A DNA stretch of 64,000 nt from Callorhinchus milii (lineage: Eukaryota). Location: positions 32,676,001-32,740,000 of the forward strand of contig NW_024704742.1 of the NCBI RefSeq assembly GCF_018977255.1, read 5' to 3'. The position numbers and the translations under genes were made by a program. Position 1 is the stretch's first letter, and every line of letters starts with the position of its first letter. This document shows, piece after piece, positions 22,712 through 37,035 of this stretch. The notes under the pieces were generated by a model. It did no database searches and had not been told where the DNA came from. It saw only the letters and a program-made list of their open reading frames with translations.

Positions 22712-25355
22712 TATAGCTTTACATTCACAATTATGTATCAGTCTTAGTTCCAGCCCATAATTCACCCATGTGTGCAAACGCCACTTTAGTCAGATTGCTG
22801 ACTTTCAATGCTATAATAATTTTTTATTTTTAAAAAAAAATTATATAAATTAAAATAATGTGGTCACTCAATCCACAACTGTTTGTGGGACACTGCTGAG
22901 TGCAATTGGCTGGGCTGCTGTGTTTCACCCTCAAAATACACAGCCAATTCTGTGAAGCGCTCTGAGACGTCTCAACAATGTGATAAGGCACTATATCAAA
23001 TGCAAGGATTATTATTATTACTACACACTGTAAGATTTGTAGTGGAGTCTATCAGGTAACGAAGTCCTATTGTAAATAAATATTGAAAAGATCTAGTGAT
23101 TGGTGCCCAATAGACCCCGGTGAACCTAAAGACATTTCTTTGTACAGTAAATTAATATTCCTTTAACTAAGATAGTTTACTAAGATATTTGACTCATCAT
23201 CTCCAGTGATTATCTGTTTGGCAACTTGGCAAGCAGTAAAAGAGACAATGTTGTGGCTGTTCTGCTGAGCGATTGTGTGAATGGGCGCAAAAGTGCATTT
23301 ACTTTACGATTTTAACCATCCTTTCAAACAAATGCTGTTCCTCGTGTCCCCAATAAAAATTAAAGAAATACATATGTTTCAGATGTTTCCAAGCAAAGTT
23401 TTGGAGTACTTAGAAAGTGCGTCCATATGGAAAGAAATAATCCAAAGACAGCTGAGGGTCATGGTTCCTGCAGCAGAATGGGAGTCCAGCTGTACCTCCT
23501 CTCAGTGGGTACATACTGTACTTGACTGTCTCCCAACCAGAAGAGTTTAAGCCAGGAGCTTGTGATCTGCTTGTGTTTGGCATTGAACAGATGACCGCAG
23601 TCACAGCCAGTTGGAAACGTATCAGCGACGTAAATAGATTTCCCATTAGTGGAATCATGTGGAGATTTGGACAGTGCATGTTTTAGTACTGAATATGATT
23701 ATCATCTTTTGAAGTAAATATGTCCCTACTGTAAAGCATGCGTTCTGTTTAGCTTGTTACCTAGCTTTAACAGTTAGCTTCACCTTTTTTCAGTTCCCCT
23801 CTCTCTTTACACAATTCTCTGTTGAAAGGGAGAAGAGGAAGGAAATTATCTTTCTCGGTATTCCTCTACAGCCATACTCTATAAACCCATTGCTCTATGA
23901 TTCCGGTCAGAGTAACTCACTAACCAATTTCCATTCCTCCTTGTAAGAAAACATCTGGTCTTTGCCCAGCTGTCTGCTCTGATGGACTCATCAAGATCTG
24001 GCATTCATTATCATGGGATTCATGGGCAGATAGCCAGAATCAGACATATGTGGTACAGTAAGTTATTATACAAGCAACCCATCTTTCTATATGGCGCTGA
24101 AGTTCATTGTTATACTAATAATGATGTTCTGTGATGTCTTTCCCGGAGGGAAGACGACATACACTAACCACAGCTACATCAATGAGGAAGATGAACTTAT
24201 GTTTTTTACAGCTCTTCATGCATTAAAATGTCACAAAGCACTCTATAGGAATTATTGTCAAGTACATGGCTTTTTTTATAGACAAACACAGAACCCATCT
24301 CTCGAACTGCAAAGTCCAGGAGATGAATTACTAGTTAATCTGGAGAATGGAGTCAGGAGGAACTGAATTAATATACATAGATTAATATGAACAGTTACTT
24401 CTGGAGCAACAGCCTGTCGTCCTTTAACGGCCAGTTTCATGCCTGAAATCTTCGACCATGTTGTCAGTACTCAGCCAATTTCATTGCCACATAGATAAAT
24501 CCAATATTTAGCAAGATGCAGTGCAAACAGGTTTGGGCAATAGTTCATATATCCTACTCATCCAATTCCTCCTCAAGATTTCTTCAGTGTAACAATGTTT
24601 AACCCTAATGATTAGCAATTGTGTAACATTTTACAATACAAAACATAACTAAGCTTGGACTGAGTTCCAGAAAAGAAAGCAACAAAACTGCAAAATCAAC
24701 AGATGTTTTGAGCGATTGTTTTCACTTGTCCTTTTCCAGTCAAAAACTTACACTCAGAAGAGGGAAGGTCAACAGATTTAATTGCATTATACACAGCATG
24801 ATAAATGCTAATTGCATGAATTTGTGTCAGCAAATTGAAGAAGGAATTGGATAACTATTCGTGAAATAATTTAATAGAGAAATATAGATTTTTTTTGCTT
24901 TGGAACCAGATAGATAGATCACAACCCCCTTTTTGGGGCCATTACATTCCTATTTGCCATGTTTTTACAATTGACTATAACAAGTTAATGTATAGATGAA
25001 ACACATACTGTGTGGTCCCCAAGCCTTGGCTGTTGCCAAACTATACCTAATACTTTCCGGAATTAGGTAATCAGGATGAGTCCCTCCAGGGAGAGAGTGC
25101 GCACTCCGTTCCAACAATTTAGCTCTGGAATTCCCATGTGTAGGTGTGATCCATGGAATTCTCAGCTTGGTTTGGATGCTCTTAAGCATGGGGATAGGTT
25201 TCTGCATGTGTCAGACACTCGACTAACCAAAAGAAATAGAAAAACAGTGGAGAAGGTAATCGAAAAATGCAGCGAGAAACTACAGTCTGCAAGAAAAGAT
25301 TGATTAATAAATGGGCTGAGAAATAAACATTTGCCAATATGGCTATTTTGTCACA

Positions 25356-25374
25356 TGCTGACCTCTAGTGGCTG
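25356..25374 (-). promoter_or_regulatory. Candidate CTCF site
   Basis: Minus strand reads CAGCCACTAGAGGTCAGCA, close to the CTCF core CCACYAGRKGGCAG. Confidence 0.5.
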
Positions 25375-26069
25375 CAATGTCTTACAGTCCGTCTGAGTAT
25401 AGTATCGTGAATTGGTATCACTGACAGATTTGCTCGCAGAAATATTACAGTTGCATCTTTGCAGCAGATGCAGCCTGAAATATTTAATTAACTCACTAAA
25501 TATAATTTATAGTTTAATGATTGTTTGCCCCTTTATCCATTTTATAACTTTAAATTGGTTATTTCCTTAATGGCTGTTTGTGGGACTTTGCTGTGTCCAC
25601 ATTGGCTGCCGCATTCGCCTACAAGTGCAGAGTCACTACATTTTACAGAAAAATCTTGTAAAGCATTTTGAGACATCTCAACAACTATATCAAATGCAAG
25701 CATTATAAAAGATTTTTATAACGTACATTAAAGCAGTATACCAACACTTTATAAGACAATCTAAGTAGTGCATATTTGTTAAATCTAGTATTCTCCCCAG
25801 CAATACAAATGTGGTTCCAGCCAAAGTATTTGGGTTATTTGAGGAATGAACATGGGACATTTCCAAATAGACTGTGGTATAAAAGATGTGGCCTTTTTAC
25901 GTATTCCCTGTGTTAATAAAGGAATGTTAGATAACTACAAGCAGATGGAGCAACCCTTTCTGGGTAAGTGGAATCAATCGCCTTTCAAACCTGTCAAATA
26001 CTTTTTTTAATTAGCTTTATTAAAAGTAATTTTTAGTCATTTGTACAATTCCTAATTGATTTATTTTGT

Positions 26070-26500
26070 GTGTCAGCTTGGCTCAGTTGGTAACACTCTT
26101 GCCTCTGAGTCAGAAAGTTGTGGGTTGAAGCCCCACATTGGGACTTGGAATTGATATAGTTTAAACTGACTCTCCAATGCAGTGCTGGGAGTATGTTGCA
26201 TTATTGGAATCCTTCAGATGAGATGTTAAACTAAGGCCTCGGCTGCCTGTCTAGGTGGATGTGAAAAATCCCATGGTACTATTCGAAAAGAATATAGTGT
26301 CTTCTGGTATCCTGGCCAACAATCCCCCAAATAAAATTGGTCACCCACTCTATGGATGTTTGTGGGATTTCGCTGTGCCCATATTGGATGCTGCTTTCAC
26401 CCACATGCTACATAGTCATTACACTTCACAGTATATCTTATGAAGTGCTTTGAGACATCTCAACCGCATGATAAGGTGCTGTATCAAATTTAAGAATTAT
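26070..26500 (+). mobile_element. Deu-domain SINE (SacSINE1/AmnSINE1-like), near full length
   Basis: tRNA-like head GGCTCAGTTGGTAACACTC; Deu-like core GATGAGATGTTAAACTAAGG...AATCCCATGGTACTATTCG...CCTGGCCAAC; L2-like tail. Confidence 0.75.
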
Positions 26501-27159
26501 CACTTATTTTTTATTCTGTGCATGATTGGCTGAACTGGGGAGAAATTTGCTCTCTTCTTATCCCAGAGGTAATTCGTAAGCAAGGGCCAGGCTTGACAGG
26601 CATTACATGAATGCAAACTGTTGTTGGAGGGAGTTGGAGGAACATAAGAAACTTTGGAGCAAGTAATGGACGTTTGACCCATCAAGGCCGGTTCCCTCCA
26701 CAGAGCACACAAAAGGTAACAGTGGTGAGACAAGTTATATTTGCGTAACCGTACATTGACTGACTATTTATCTGCAGTTTGGAGAGAGCCAGATCAGATT
26801 AACAAACTAAGGTAAATTTAAATTTGAACATATGCCAGTACGAACATTTAGCCTAGTTGTGTCCAATATACATAGGTATGGAAAAAAACTGACATTGGGT
26901 GTCATGTAGCTATGCTATGAAAAAAATTTCAAACAATAGAACATTACCCAAACCTTCTTCATTCTTAAGTCTTTCCCAAAGTATATTTTTAGTCAACAAA
27001 GGCATCATCAGATCGAACGGATAATAGTTGTTAAATACTTTTAAACATAATTAAGCCACAGCTAAAATTGTCTGCTTTATAACCCCCACCTTGCCTTTTT
27101 GCCCATCGCAGAGTCCCCCTGGCTCGCCCCTCCCTCATCTTGTTCAAAGTCTGTCTCAA

Positions 27160-27622
27160 ATAATAATAATAATTCTTGCATTTGATATAGCGCCTTATCA
27201 CATTTTCCAGACGTCTCAAAGCGCTTCACACAATAGACTGTGAAGTGAATTGACTATATTTTTTAGACAAAACGCAGCAGCCAATTGTACACAGCTGTTT
27301 CTGTGAAGAAACAGTACAATTTTGTTAAGCAAAACTAATTGCATAACTTTTTTAGACAAAACGCAGCAGCCAATTGCACACAGCAGTGTCCCACAAACAG
27401 TGACAGTGAATTTAGTGACCAATTTAGTATTATTTTTTGGAAGGAATTATTATCCCCGGAAAAGCGATCCGCCAATCGACTAACAACTGGGGTCTAACTT
27501 ACTGCTTGGTAAACAGTGGCATGTGGAGTAAGGAAACTTGCCCAACTTTTCGTCCTGCAGGGAATCGAACCCAGGTCTCTCGCTTGTGAGGCGAGTGCTC
27601 TGGCCACTGAGCTAGAAGACTG
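27160..27622 (-). mobile_element. tRNA-derived SINE (long variant), full length, with internal duplication
   Basis: Head, extra central segment (CTGTTTACCAAGCAGTAAG...) and tail all present. Confidence 0.85.
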
Positions 27623-30621
27623 ACTCTACCGCTTTGTACCTCTTTGATCTCACTTTGATCATCTTTCCCCTCCACAGCCTACTCAGATCCCACCCCCAGC
27701 TCAGGTGTCCAGCCAGCATTGAGATATTGAGAGTGGTACTATATAAATAAAAATTGTTTTACATTAACAACAAATTAAAAAGCTTAATAAATGTAACAAT
27801 AAAATTGTCAATAAAATTAACAAAATAGTCCACTTTAATTATATGTGATATGCTTTAAAAGTCATGATTTTGCAAGATATGAAATGTCAAAACCTTTATC
27901 TGCTTTAAGCACATGGAACTGAACACTCTAGCTATCATTCAGCTGAAGTAAATTCTTGAATTAAGTTTACAAATTTTTATTTGATCTTGTCGTTTTTAAT
28001 TTCAAGGTACAATGTGTTTTATTTATGTTTGATTATAACCTTGGCTGAAGGCAATGGATACAGTTCTAAAGTGTTTGTAATAATCGGTGTCTTTTTTGGT
28101 TGGTAGGTTATGATTTCTACAACACCAGGAAAATACTTGCCTTTGAGGGAATAACAACACAGCGTGGATTGAAGTGCAGTCGCAACATCATCCACCAGAT
28201 GGTACACTCTGAAAGCTTTTTTTGGGTCAGTCGGGTGTCTGACACACACAGAAACCGACACCATGCAAGCATAGTCATTTGCAAGTTCATCAAGATGTGA
28301 GCTCTTATGTTCCTGGCAGGTTATATACGTAACGTCAGCATGATTAGGGTTAAAATTTATATGCATTAAAGAGATAATGGTATAAATGTAAAAGGTGATA
28401 TTCACCTCAGGTGTCATTCTCAATGACAAACCATAACCTCAATCACTTGAAGCAGTTAGATTTAATACCAATATTAGGTCTGGCAAATTGACTGTAGTAG
28501 TGCCTATGGAATAGAGATATGAAGAAAGGTACAGTTAACTCCTAATAACTTGACTTTAGCTTAATGTGTCACTCCCATCCAGATGTATTTGTATACATGC
28601 CTATCTTGCCACTTCGGATAACAACAACAACAACTTGCACTTATATAAAGCTCTCCACGCAGGGTAGCTTCTCAGAGTGCTTAGTAATTCGTCGCTGAAC
28701 CTTTTTCCTTTGGAGCGACTAGTTATTAAGAATTTACTGTAGCTACAAGTAAAATGATTCTGCTGAAAATAAATAAAAGGTTAGCATTATAATACATATA
28801 CAGTACAGAGCCAGCAATTTGCACAAACTGGGATTGACCTCAAGGTGGATAAGGAAACAGTATAAATAATCACTCCATCACACAAAATATATGTTTGGTT
28901 ATAGAGCAAAACAAAAATTGCTTTCATCAGAAGTTATAGTGTCACTGTATTCCTACATTTTTGCCCACAAAATATACAGTCAATTCACTTTATTTTCTAT
29001 TCTGTGAAATGCTTTGAGACTACTCAATGATGCGATAAGGTGCTATATGAAATAGAAGGATTATTATTATTATAGTCCTCTCTCTGTTTCTGAAACTTTC
29101 TTTTTCTCTCCGTGTCTCTGAATCTCTCCCCAAATCTCATTCTGACTATCTTTCTAGCTTTCTTTCTCTACCTCTATGATTAACTTTTTCTAATTTTTTT
29201 TCTCTTTTTCCTTAATTTTTTTTTCTCTCCAGGTCTCTGATTCTGTCTCCCTATCTCTAACGTATCTTCAGTAAATGCAATTACCTTGCATTGCTGGATA
29301 ACAATTGGATGCTGAGTGGCTAAATCATAGCGGATCTTGGAACCTTGCACCCATGCATTTTTACCCATGAACTACATTTTAATTGCCATTCTTACAGTTC
29401 TGTTGATGCGGATAAAATGACACGTGGGTATACATCATTTTACTGCATCAACCTCTAGATTTTCTTTCAATAAAAACTGCGCAGTTTACCCATCACATTA
29501 CAAAATATCTCGACGGATGAAATTAGTAAGTTACATTGAAAAGTTTTAGTGGCTGCAAAACATTGGCCCGATATCTTAAACATGTTTCAGCTTGTAGGTT
29601 TTCCACTGTGATGACTGACAGTGGCAATTGCTAGTGGAACTGGTGCTATAGTAGGATTCACTACTGCCCAAAACATGAGCCATCCTACCTAATTTTAAAG
29701 CTGCCAGCCAGCATTCCTACTGCTCCAACTGTCCAGTTGCACTCCAGAACCATTTAAAATCTCAACAAAAATGGGCCTCCTTCACGCCTCCACCCGATCC
29801 ATCGCACCATCGCTGGGCGAGCATTTGGTTTTCCTATCCCCGCTCTCGGGAGCTCCATCCCGGAGTCTCTGATGGATCTCTCTATCTCCTCTCCCCGGCA
29901 GTTACCCCCTCCCCCCCACCAGCTCAATCTGCCAATCAACAGCACTTTGAGACGTCCTCACACAACAACAACAAGAACAAATTACATTTCACATTGGGAG
30001 GACATCACATGACATGAGAGGCACTGTAAATTGTAACTCTAAAAGTCTGTTGAAACATATCTGTTATATCTGAATCAGTGCTGAATAAAGGGGAATGAGA
30101 ATTAACAATTCAGCTCCCGTTTGCCACACGAAATAGTACTGAGCAGAGGCAGCAGGTAGTGGAGTAGGAGAGGCAGGGAGGTGCCAGGGTGTGAAGGGAG
30201 ACAAGAGAGGATCTTGAAATCAATCCATTCTGTGATTAGGTGCCACTGGAGCATGGTGAGGACTGGTGTAATGGCGGTATGGAATTGAGTGTGGGTGAGT
30301 ATATGGGCAGCACTTCTGAATCATTGTGTGACTAGGTCTGGCCATATTTCAAATAGTAACAACAGCCTTATTTTGTTGCCTTATTTCTTTTCCTGGAATT
30401 GGTTGGCTCTGAAGGGAAAAAGGTCCTTTGAAATGTCAGACGACCTCAGACTAAAAATAACGTAACATGAAGGCTATTTAGTACTCAATGTATATGGTCA
30501 TAGAAACATAGACCTTTTCTGCGCAGAGAGAGACCATGTGGCTCAACGTGTCTTGTCATTTGCTTATCTAAATTGCCCATTATTAATCTTGTAAAGCGAT
30601 GTCTCTCAAGGGAACCTCATT

Positions 30622-32260
30622 ACAACAACAACTTGGATTTATATAGCACCCTCCACCCCGGACAGCATCTTAGAGCTCTTCATAGTAACGGATCCCGGGG
30701 CCGAACCAGGGGGAGGGGGAGAAGGTAACTAAAGGCGTGGTCGAAAAGAAAGGTCTTTAGCCGAGACCTAAAAATAGGAAGAGAGGGGGCAAGGCGAAGG
30801 AAGTGAGGAAGGGAGTTCCAGAGCCTCGGGGCGTAATGGCTGAAGGAACAGCCGCCGATGATGGAGCGGAGGATTCGGGGGACAAGGAGGAGGGCCAGAC
30901 CTGGTGGAGTGAAGGCAATGGGCACTGTTGTGAGGAGAGAGGAGGTCAGATAAGTAGGGGCTACAGAGGAGTGGAAGGATTTGAAGACAAGGGTGAGGAT
31001 CTGGAAGTCGAGAGGTAACAAAGGCATGGACCAAGGTTTCAGTGGCTTTTGGAGTGAGGCATTGGTGGAGACGGGCGATGCGTCAGAGGTGGAAGAAAGA
31101 AATGCTGGTGAGGGACCGGATGTGGGGGAGGAAGGATAATTGGGGTTTGAACCTAACGCCAAGGTTGCGTACGGCTTCGGAGAGTTTTAGGGGGATGTCG
31201 GGTAGGTGGAGGAGGTGAGAATCATGCGATTTTAGACGTTGACGAGAGCCAAAGAGTATGGCTTCCGTCTTGTCGACATTCAGCTGAAGGAAATTTGCGC
31301 TCATCCAGTTCCTGATGTCTGACAGGCAGGCTGACAGAACATCAGGCGACTGGGGGTTCGCAATGTGCAGTGGAAAAATAGAGTTGGGTGCCGTCCACAT
31401 ACATGTAGAAGTGTACCCCATGTCTGCGGATGACATCCCCAAAAGGGAACATGTAGATCAGAAAGAGGAGGGGGCCAAGGATGGATCCTTGGGGTACCCC
31501 GCAGGTGACCGGATGAGAGCGGGAGGAAAATCCATTTGTGCAGATGTACTGCTGGCGGTTTGTGAGGTAGGACTCGAACCAGATGAGTGTGGTCCCACTG
31601 AGGTGGATGATGGAGGAAAGGCGGTGGAGGAGGATGGCGTCATTGACTGTGTCGAAAGCGGCGGAGAGGTACAGGAGGACAAGGAGGCAGAGGGAGCCCT
31701 GGTCATAGATAGAGAGGATGTTGTTTGAGACTTTCACAAGCACAGTCTCTGTACTGTGGGCAGAGCGGAAACTGCACTGGAGGGGCTCAAAGAGGGATTG
31801 GGAGGAGAGGTGTGCGCGAAGTTGATTGCAACAATGCGTTCTAGGACTTTTGCGAGGAAGGGCAAGTTTGAAATAGGGCAGTAGTGGCTGGGGTTTGAGG
31901 GATCTAGGGAAGGTTTTTTGAGGAGGGGGGTGATGACAGCAGTTTTGAGGTGGGCAGGGACTGATCCAGAGGAGAGGGACTGGTTGATGACATCGGCCAG
32001 TAGTGGGCAGAGGAGGGGGAGCTGGATGACCAGCAAGCTGGTGGGGAGAGAGTTGAGGCAGCAGATGGTGGGTTTCATTGAAGTGATGGTGGTTGAGAGG
32101 GAGGAAGGAGAGGTGGAGAGGAAGGAATGTAAGATGGGGGTGGTGGTAGGAGCTGATGATAGTGAGGGTGAGGGGGACGGAGAGGGGGTGGTGGGTGACA
32201 AGAGGGATGAGGCTGTCTGGCGGATATTATTTATTTTAGTTGAAAAGAAGTCTATGACCT
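30622..32260 (-). mobile_element. L2-clade LINE, decayed reverse transcriptase
   Basis: LKTAVITPLLKKPSLD, GVPQGSILGPLLFLIY, NFLQLNVDKTE, SRLKTFLF, and a (GTT)n tail. Confidence 0.93.
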
Positions 32261-34839
32261 CCTCACACTTGGCATTTGATGTGAGAGCTAAATAAGATTT
32301 TAAATGAGATTGAGACAGTAAACATCTCCAGATTCAACTACATAGTAGTACAAGAGAAAGCAGGTTTAGGATTGCAAAGTGCAATTTCAGGACAGCCACC
32401 AGGAAGCATTTATTTACCCAGAAGGTAGTAATAATCTTGCATTTGATACAACTCCGTATCGTGTTGTCAAAATGTCTCACGGCGCTTCATAGGGTTTTTC
32501 TGTGATGTACAATGGTTATGTATTGAGTGGAGTAGATGACCAGAGTGGGTGGTTGTTCAGGATACATATTTAAGAAACAATTCAATATGATAATGGGGGA
32601 CAGTAGGGTGGCTATTCTAGAAGGATGAGATCAGTTGGGCTAAAGGGCCTTCTTCATCTGAATCTCTTATGATCTTGCAAATTCCACTTTCCAGCTCTCT
32701 CTGTATATCCCTTAATGTTTTTATTGCTTGGGTCTTAATTATCTACTCTCAATAGCCACTTGTGATAATAAATTCCAAACCCAAATAGTGCTTTGAGAGA
32801 AGAAATGCCTCCTCACCTCCCCATTAATGTTTTGCTAGCAATCCTGAGGCTAATGCCCTCTCATCTCTAATTCCCACCTAAAGGAATAGTTTTATCTATG
32901 TATATCCAGATGTGCATCTTCGGCATCTTAAATATCTTTACAACATTCACTTCAATACCCTGCTCTAGTGGGAAAGGACTCAATGCAGCCGTGTGTATAT
33001 TGTCTCACACCTGGCAGCATCCTAGTCAATCTGCTGGCCATCTTTATACTATTGTTTACTGTAATAGGCATCCCAAAACTGAACAGGATTTTGAACTTAA
33101 GCTTACTGACTGTCCTTCACAATTTGATATAAACTTTTTTAAAAAGAAAGAGCTAGGGCTGTAAATACTTGTATGTGCAAAAACAACTTGCATTTATATA
33201 TTGCTTTTCATGCAGGGTAGTGTCTCAGAGTGCTTAACACATTTAAATAGTGGTTGTTTACACAAAGTAAAAATAGACGAATAGACGATGATGTCAATTA
33301 CAAGACAGTAATACAATCAAGGATGATATCTTGGTCTGTGAGAGCAAAGCTCAAGTGGTTTACACAAGTCATTTAAGCCCAAATATTATATTACTGCCTG
33401 TAGCTCTCTCTCCGTTAGCATTTATAAAACACTTTTTTTTAGATTATGCCAAGTTATATTTGTAAAGATTTAATGGTAAAAATTCTCACCCCAGAGACTG
33501 ATATGACCTTAGAGCTGCCAGGCAAGTCTTTAAAAGAGTTCTGACATCATTGGGCACATATTTCTGTATCAGCATATTTTTGGTAAGAAATACCTGTATT
33601 TCATGGGCAGGTTGGTGGGAAAAAAATTAAATTGTAAGGCAAGATGTTATTCTGTGCTTTGTATCTAATCTTCTTCATGAAATTATAAGGAAATGGATGC
33701 AGGAGTATATAATATATCACATTACTTTTGGTACAGCGCTCTTCACGTTGGGAAGACGTCCCAAAGCCTTTCACAGGGTATACTATGCAGTGACTGTGTG
33801 TTTTGAGCTCATGGACTGACTCTCCAATACCTTGCTCAAGGGAGAGAGCTGCATTGATGGAGGGTGACATCTTTCTGACATGTTAAACCAAGGTCCCATC
33901 TGCCTGTCAAGGGGGACTTTAAATATCCTTCGGCACTATTTGAACAGAGAGGAAGTTTGTCCTGGCCAACAAACCCCCAGTTAAAACATTGGTAATTGAC
34001 CATTAAATGTTTACAAATACGTTTGTGGGACATTGCAAATTGGCTGTTGTGTTCACCCACATATTCACTGGACTAGAATATACTGGACTCAGTCACTAGA
34101 CTTTTCAGAAAACTCTGTGAAGCTCTTTGAGATGGTTTGATATGCTATATCAAATGCAAAGATTAATAATATGCAGATCACACCTGCTAGCTTGTGCGCT
34201 CCCCCAGAGCTTAGTTTATACAATGATGCAAAGGATTTTCAGTCATGCACCAATATTAATGGGGAAAGATTTTCCAGCAAAGTCAATGAGCAATAAAAAA
34301 TATAACTTGTTCCTGGATTAGGAACCCTCATACAAATGAGGAGCCTGCTGAAGTCATTTCCCCACTCCGCCCGCCCCCTCCCCCCAAACAACATCAGTTG
34401 TGATTCACAAGGTGCCTGTTAGCACACCAGTGTAAGATAGCTACATTTACAGGTGACACCAATCATAGAATTATAGAATTATACAAGCACAGAAGGAGGC
34501 CATTTGGCCCGTCGTGTCTGTGTGGGTCTTTGAAAAGGGCTCCCAAATCAATCCCACTCCCCTGCTCTCTCTCCATAGCCCTGCAAACTTGTCCTCCCGA
34601 AATAATTATCTACTTCTCTCTTAAAAGTTGTTATCGAATCGGCTTCAACCACCCTTTCAAGCAATGCATTCCAGATCCAAACAACTCGCTGTGTGNAAAA
34701 AAATTCTCCTCACTCCTATGTTTCTTTTAACAATTATTTGAAATCGGTGTCCTCGGGTTACCGACCCACCGGCCAGTGGAAATAGCTTCTCCAAGTTTCT
34801 TCAAGTTGGGAGGAACTGTGGAATTAGAGGAGACAACAA

Positions 34840-35610
34840 AGGTCCCCCAAAGAGAACATGATAGGATATGCACATGGGCTGATAGCTGGCACATGAAGTT
34901 TAATACAAATAAACACAAGTTACAACGTATAGGATGCAAGAATAAGAAATACAAGTATTCCATGGATCGGATAGAATTTGCCAAGGCAGAAGCTGAAAGA
35001 GATCTGGGTGTTAGGGGACTCGTTGTTCACTGTGTCAAACAGTGTGAAGCAGCAATAAACAAGTCAAACAACATGCTTGTATATACTGCTAAATTAGTTG
35101 AGTGTGAATCCCCAGATGTCATATTCAGGCTGTACAGTGCTTTGGTCAGACCAGACTTTGTATACTACATATCGTTCTGGTCAACACGACATAAGAGGGC
35201 CACCCAGGCCTAAGGAGTGGTGCAGCGGAGAGCAACGAAGATGAGCCCCCGTGTTAGAGGAATGAGCTATGAGCTACAGGCTGGGACACAGAGGAGACAA
35301 CTCAGGTGGGACCTCATAAAGCTGCATAATATTTTTAATGGGATAGAAAACGTAAACCAACATCAATACTTTAGGGTAGACCAAGACAGTAGAGCAAAAG
35401 GACGTAGGTTTAGAGTTGCAAAGAGAAATTCAGGACAGACACCAGGAAGCTTTTCTTTACTCGCAGGATAATTAATGTCTTGAAGGTTGTCAGTAAGGGT
35501 GGTTGAGGCCAGGACACTGGACTCATTTAACAAAGCAGCTTGGTGCTCTGATGGAAGGATAGGCATGTGGATATTCTGGAAGGATGAGATCAGATGGGCC
35601 GAAGGGCCTG
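34840..35610 (+). mobile_element. Older CR1 fragment
   Basis: WADSWHMKFN, ERDLGV, LYSALVRP, VQRRATKM. An opposite-strand CR1 3' end lies at 34464-34790. Confidence 0.82.
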
Positions 35611-35694
35611 ATTACTACAACCAATCTTGTCATCTTGTGATTTCTGCAGATCTAGATATCTCTCTCAGCAGTCTTTGGTTTTCATTAAGTGTTG

Positions 35695-37035
35695 TGCAAA
35701 AGTAACACCACTATTTAAGAAGGGTGGGAGAGAGAAGATGCGGAACTATAAACCAGTCAGTCTGACATCGGTGGTAGGGAAAATTCTGGAATCCTTAATT
35801 AGGGACGTTGTAGTGGGGTACTTAGAAGACCATAATATGATTAGGCAGAGTCAACATGGCTTTACAAAAGGGAAGTCATGCTTAACAAATCTTTTAGAGT
35901 TTTTTGAGGATGTAACTAGCAGGTTAGATGGGGGGAACCAGTAGATGTAGTATATTTAGATTTACAGAAGGGGTTCGACAAGGTGCCACATAAAAGGCTG
36001 CTACACAAGATTAGGGCCCATGGAATTAAAGGCAATATATTAGCATGGATCGAAGAGTGGCTAATGGGAAGAAAACAGAGAGTAAGGATAAACGGGTCTT
36101 TCTCAGATTGGCGGGATGTAAGCAGGAGAGTAAACTCTGAGGATGACACAAAAAGATTGCAAAGGGATATAGATAGGCTAGGTGAGTGGGCAAGAAGGTG
36201 GCAGATGGAATATAATGTGGGTAAATGTGAAGTTATTCACCTAGGTAGTAAAAACAGAAAAGCAGATTATTTTCTAGAGGGGGAGAAACTAGATTGTGTT
36301 AGTGTTCAGAGGGATTTGGGGTCCTTGTACACCAGTCACAAAAAGTTAGTATGCAGGTGCAGCAAGCAACTAGGAGGGCTAATGGCATGTTGGCGTTTAT
36401 TGCAAAAGGGTTAGAATACAAGAGTAGGGAAGTCTTGCTGCAACTGTATAGGGCCTTGGTGAGACCGCACCTAGAGTATTATGTGCAGTTTTGGTCTCCT
36501 TATTAAAGAAAGGACATACTCGCCTTCGAGAGGCTGCAGAGTAGAGTCACTAGGTTAGTTCCTGGGATGAGGGGGTTGACCTATGAGGATAGGTTGAGTA
36601 AACTAGGTCTGTATTCTCTAGAATATTGAAGAATTAGGGGTGATCTTATAGAAACATATAAGATTTTTATGGGGCTTGACAGAGTAGACAGTGTGAGACT
36701 GTTTCCCCTGGTAGGAGAATCTAGAACTAGGGGTCACAGTCTTAAGATTAAGGGTCAGCCTTTTCGAATGGAGTTGAGGAAACACTTCTTCACTCAGCGG
36801 GTAGTGAATTTATGGAATTCTCAACCCCAGAAGACTGAGGATGCTCAGTCCTTGAACATATTCAAGACTGAGATTGATAGGTTTCTAAAGGATAGAGGGA
36901 TTAAGGGATATGGGGATAAAGCGGGCAGATGGAGTTAGGTTAGAAATCAACCATGATCTTATTGAATGGCGGGGCAGGCTTGAGGAGCCGAATGGCCTAC
37001 TCCTGCTCCTAATTCCTATATTTCTATGTTCCTAT
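35695..37035 (+). mobile_element. CR1-clade LINE, 3' part with internal deletion
   Basis: NYKPVSLTSVVGKILE, SQHGFTKGKSCLTNLLEFFE, FFTQRVVNLWNS; 3' UTR GCCGAATGGCCTACTCCTG and TTCCTAT-type tail repeats. Confidence 0.93.

Noticed and set aside
24091..24366. ORF with a signal-peptide-like start (MALKFIVILIMMF)
   Set aside because: No recognisable homology or exon structure, and it runs into a decayed repeat tail.
34696..34696. Single N base
   Set aside because: An assembly ambiguity next to a poly-A run in a CR1 fragment.
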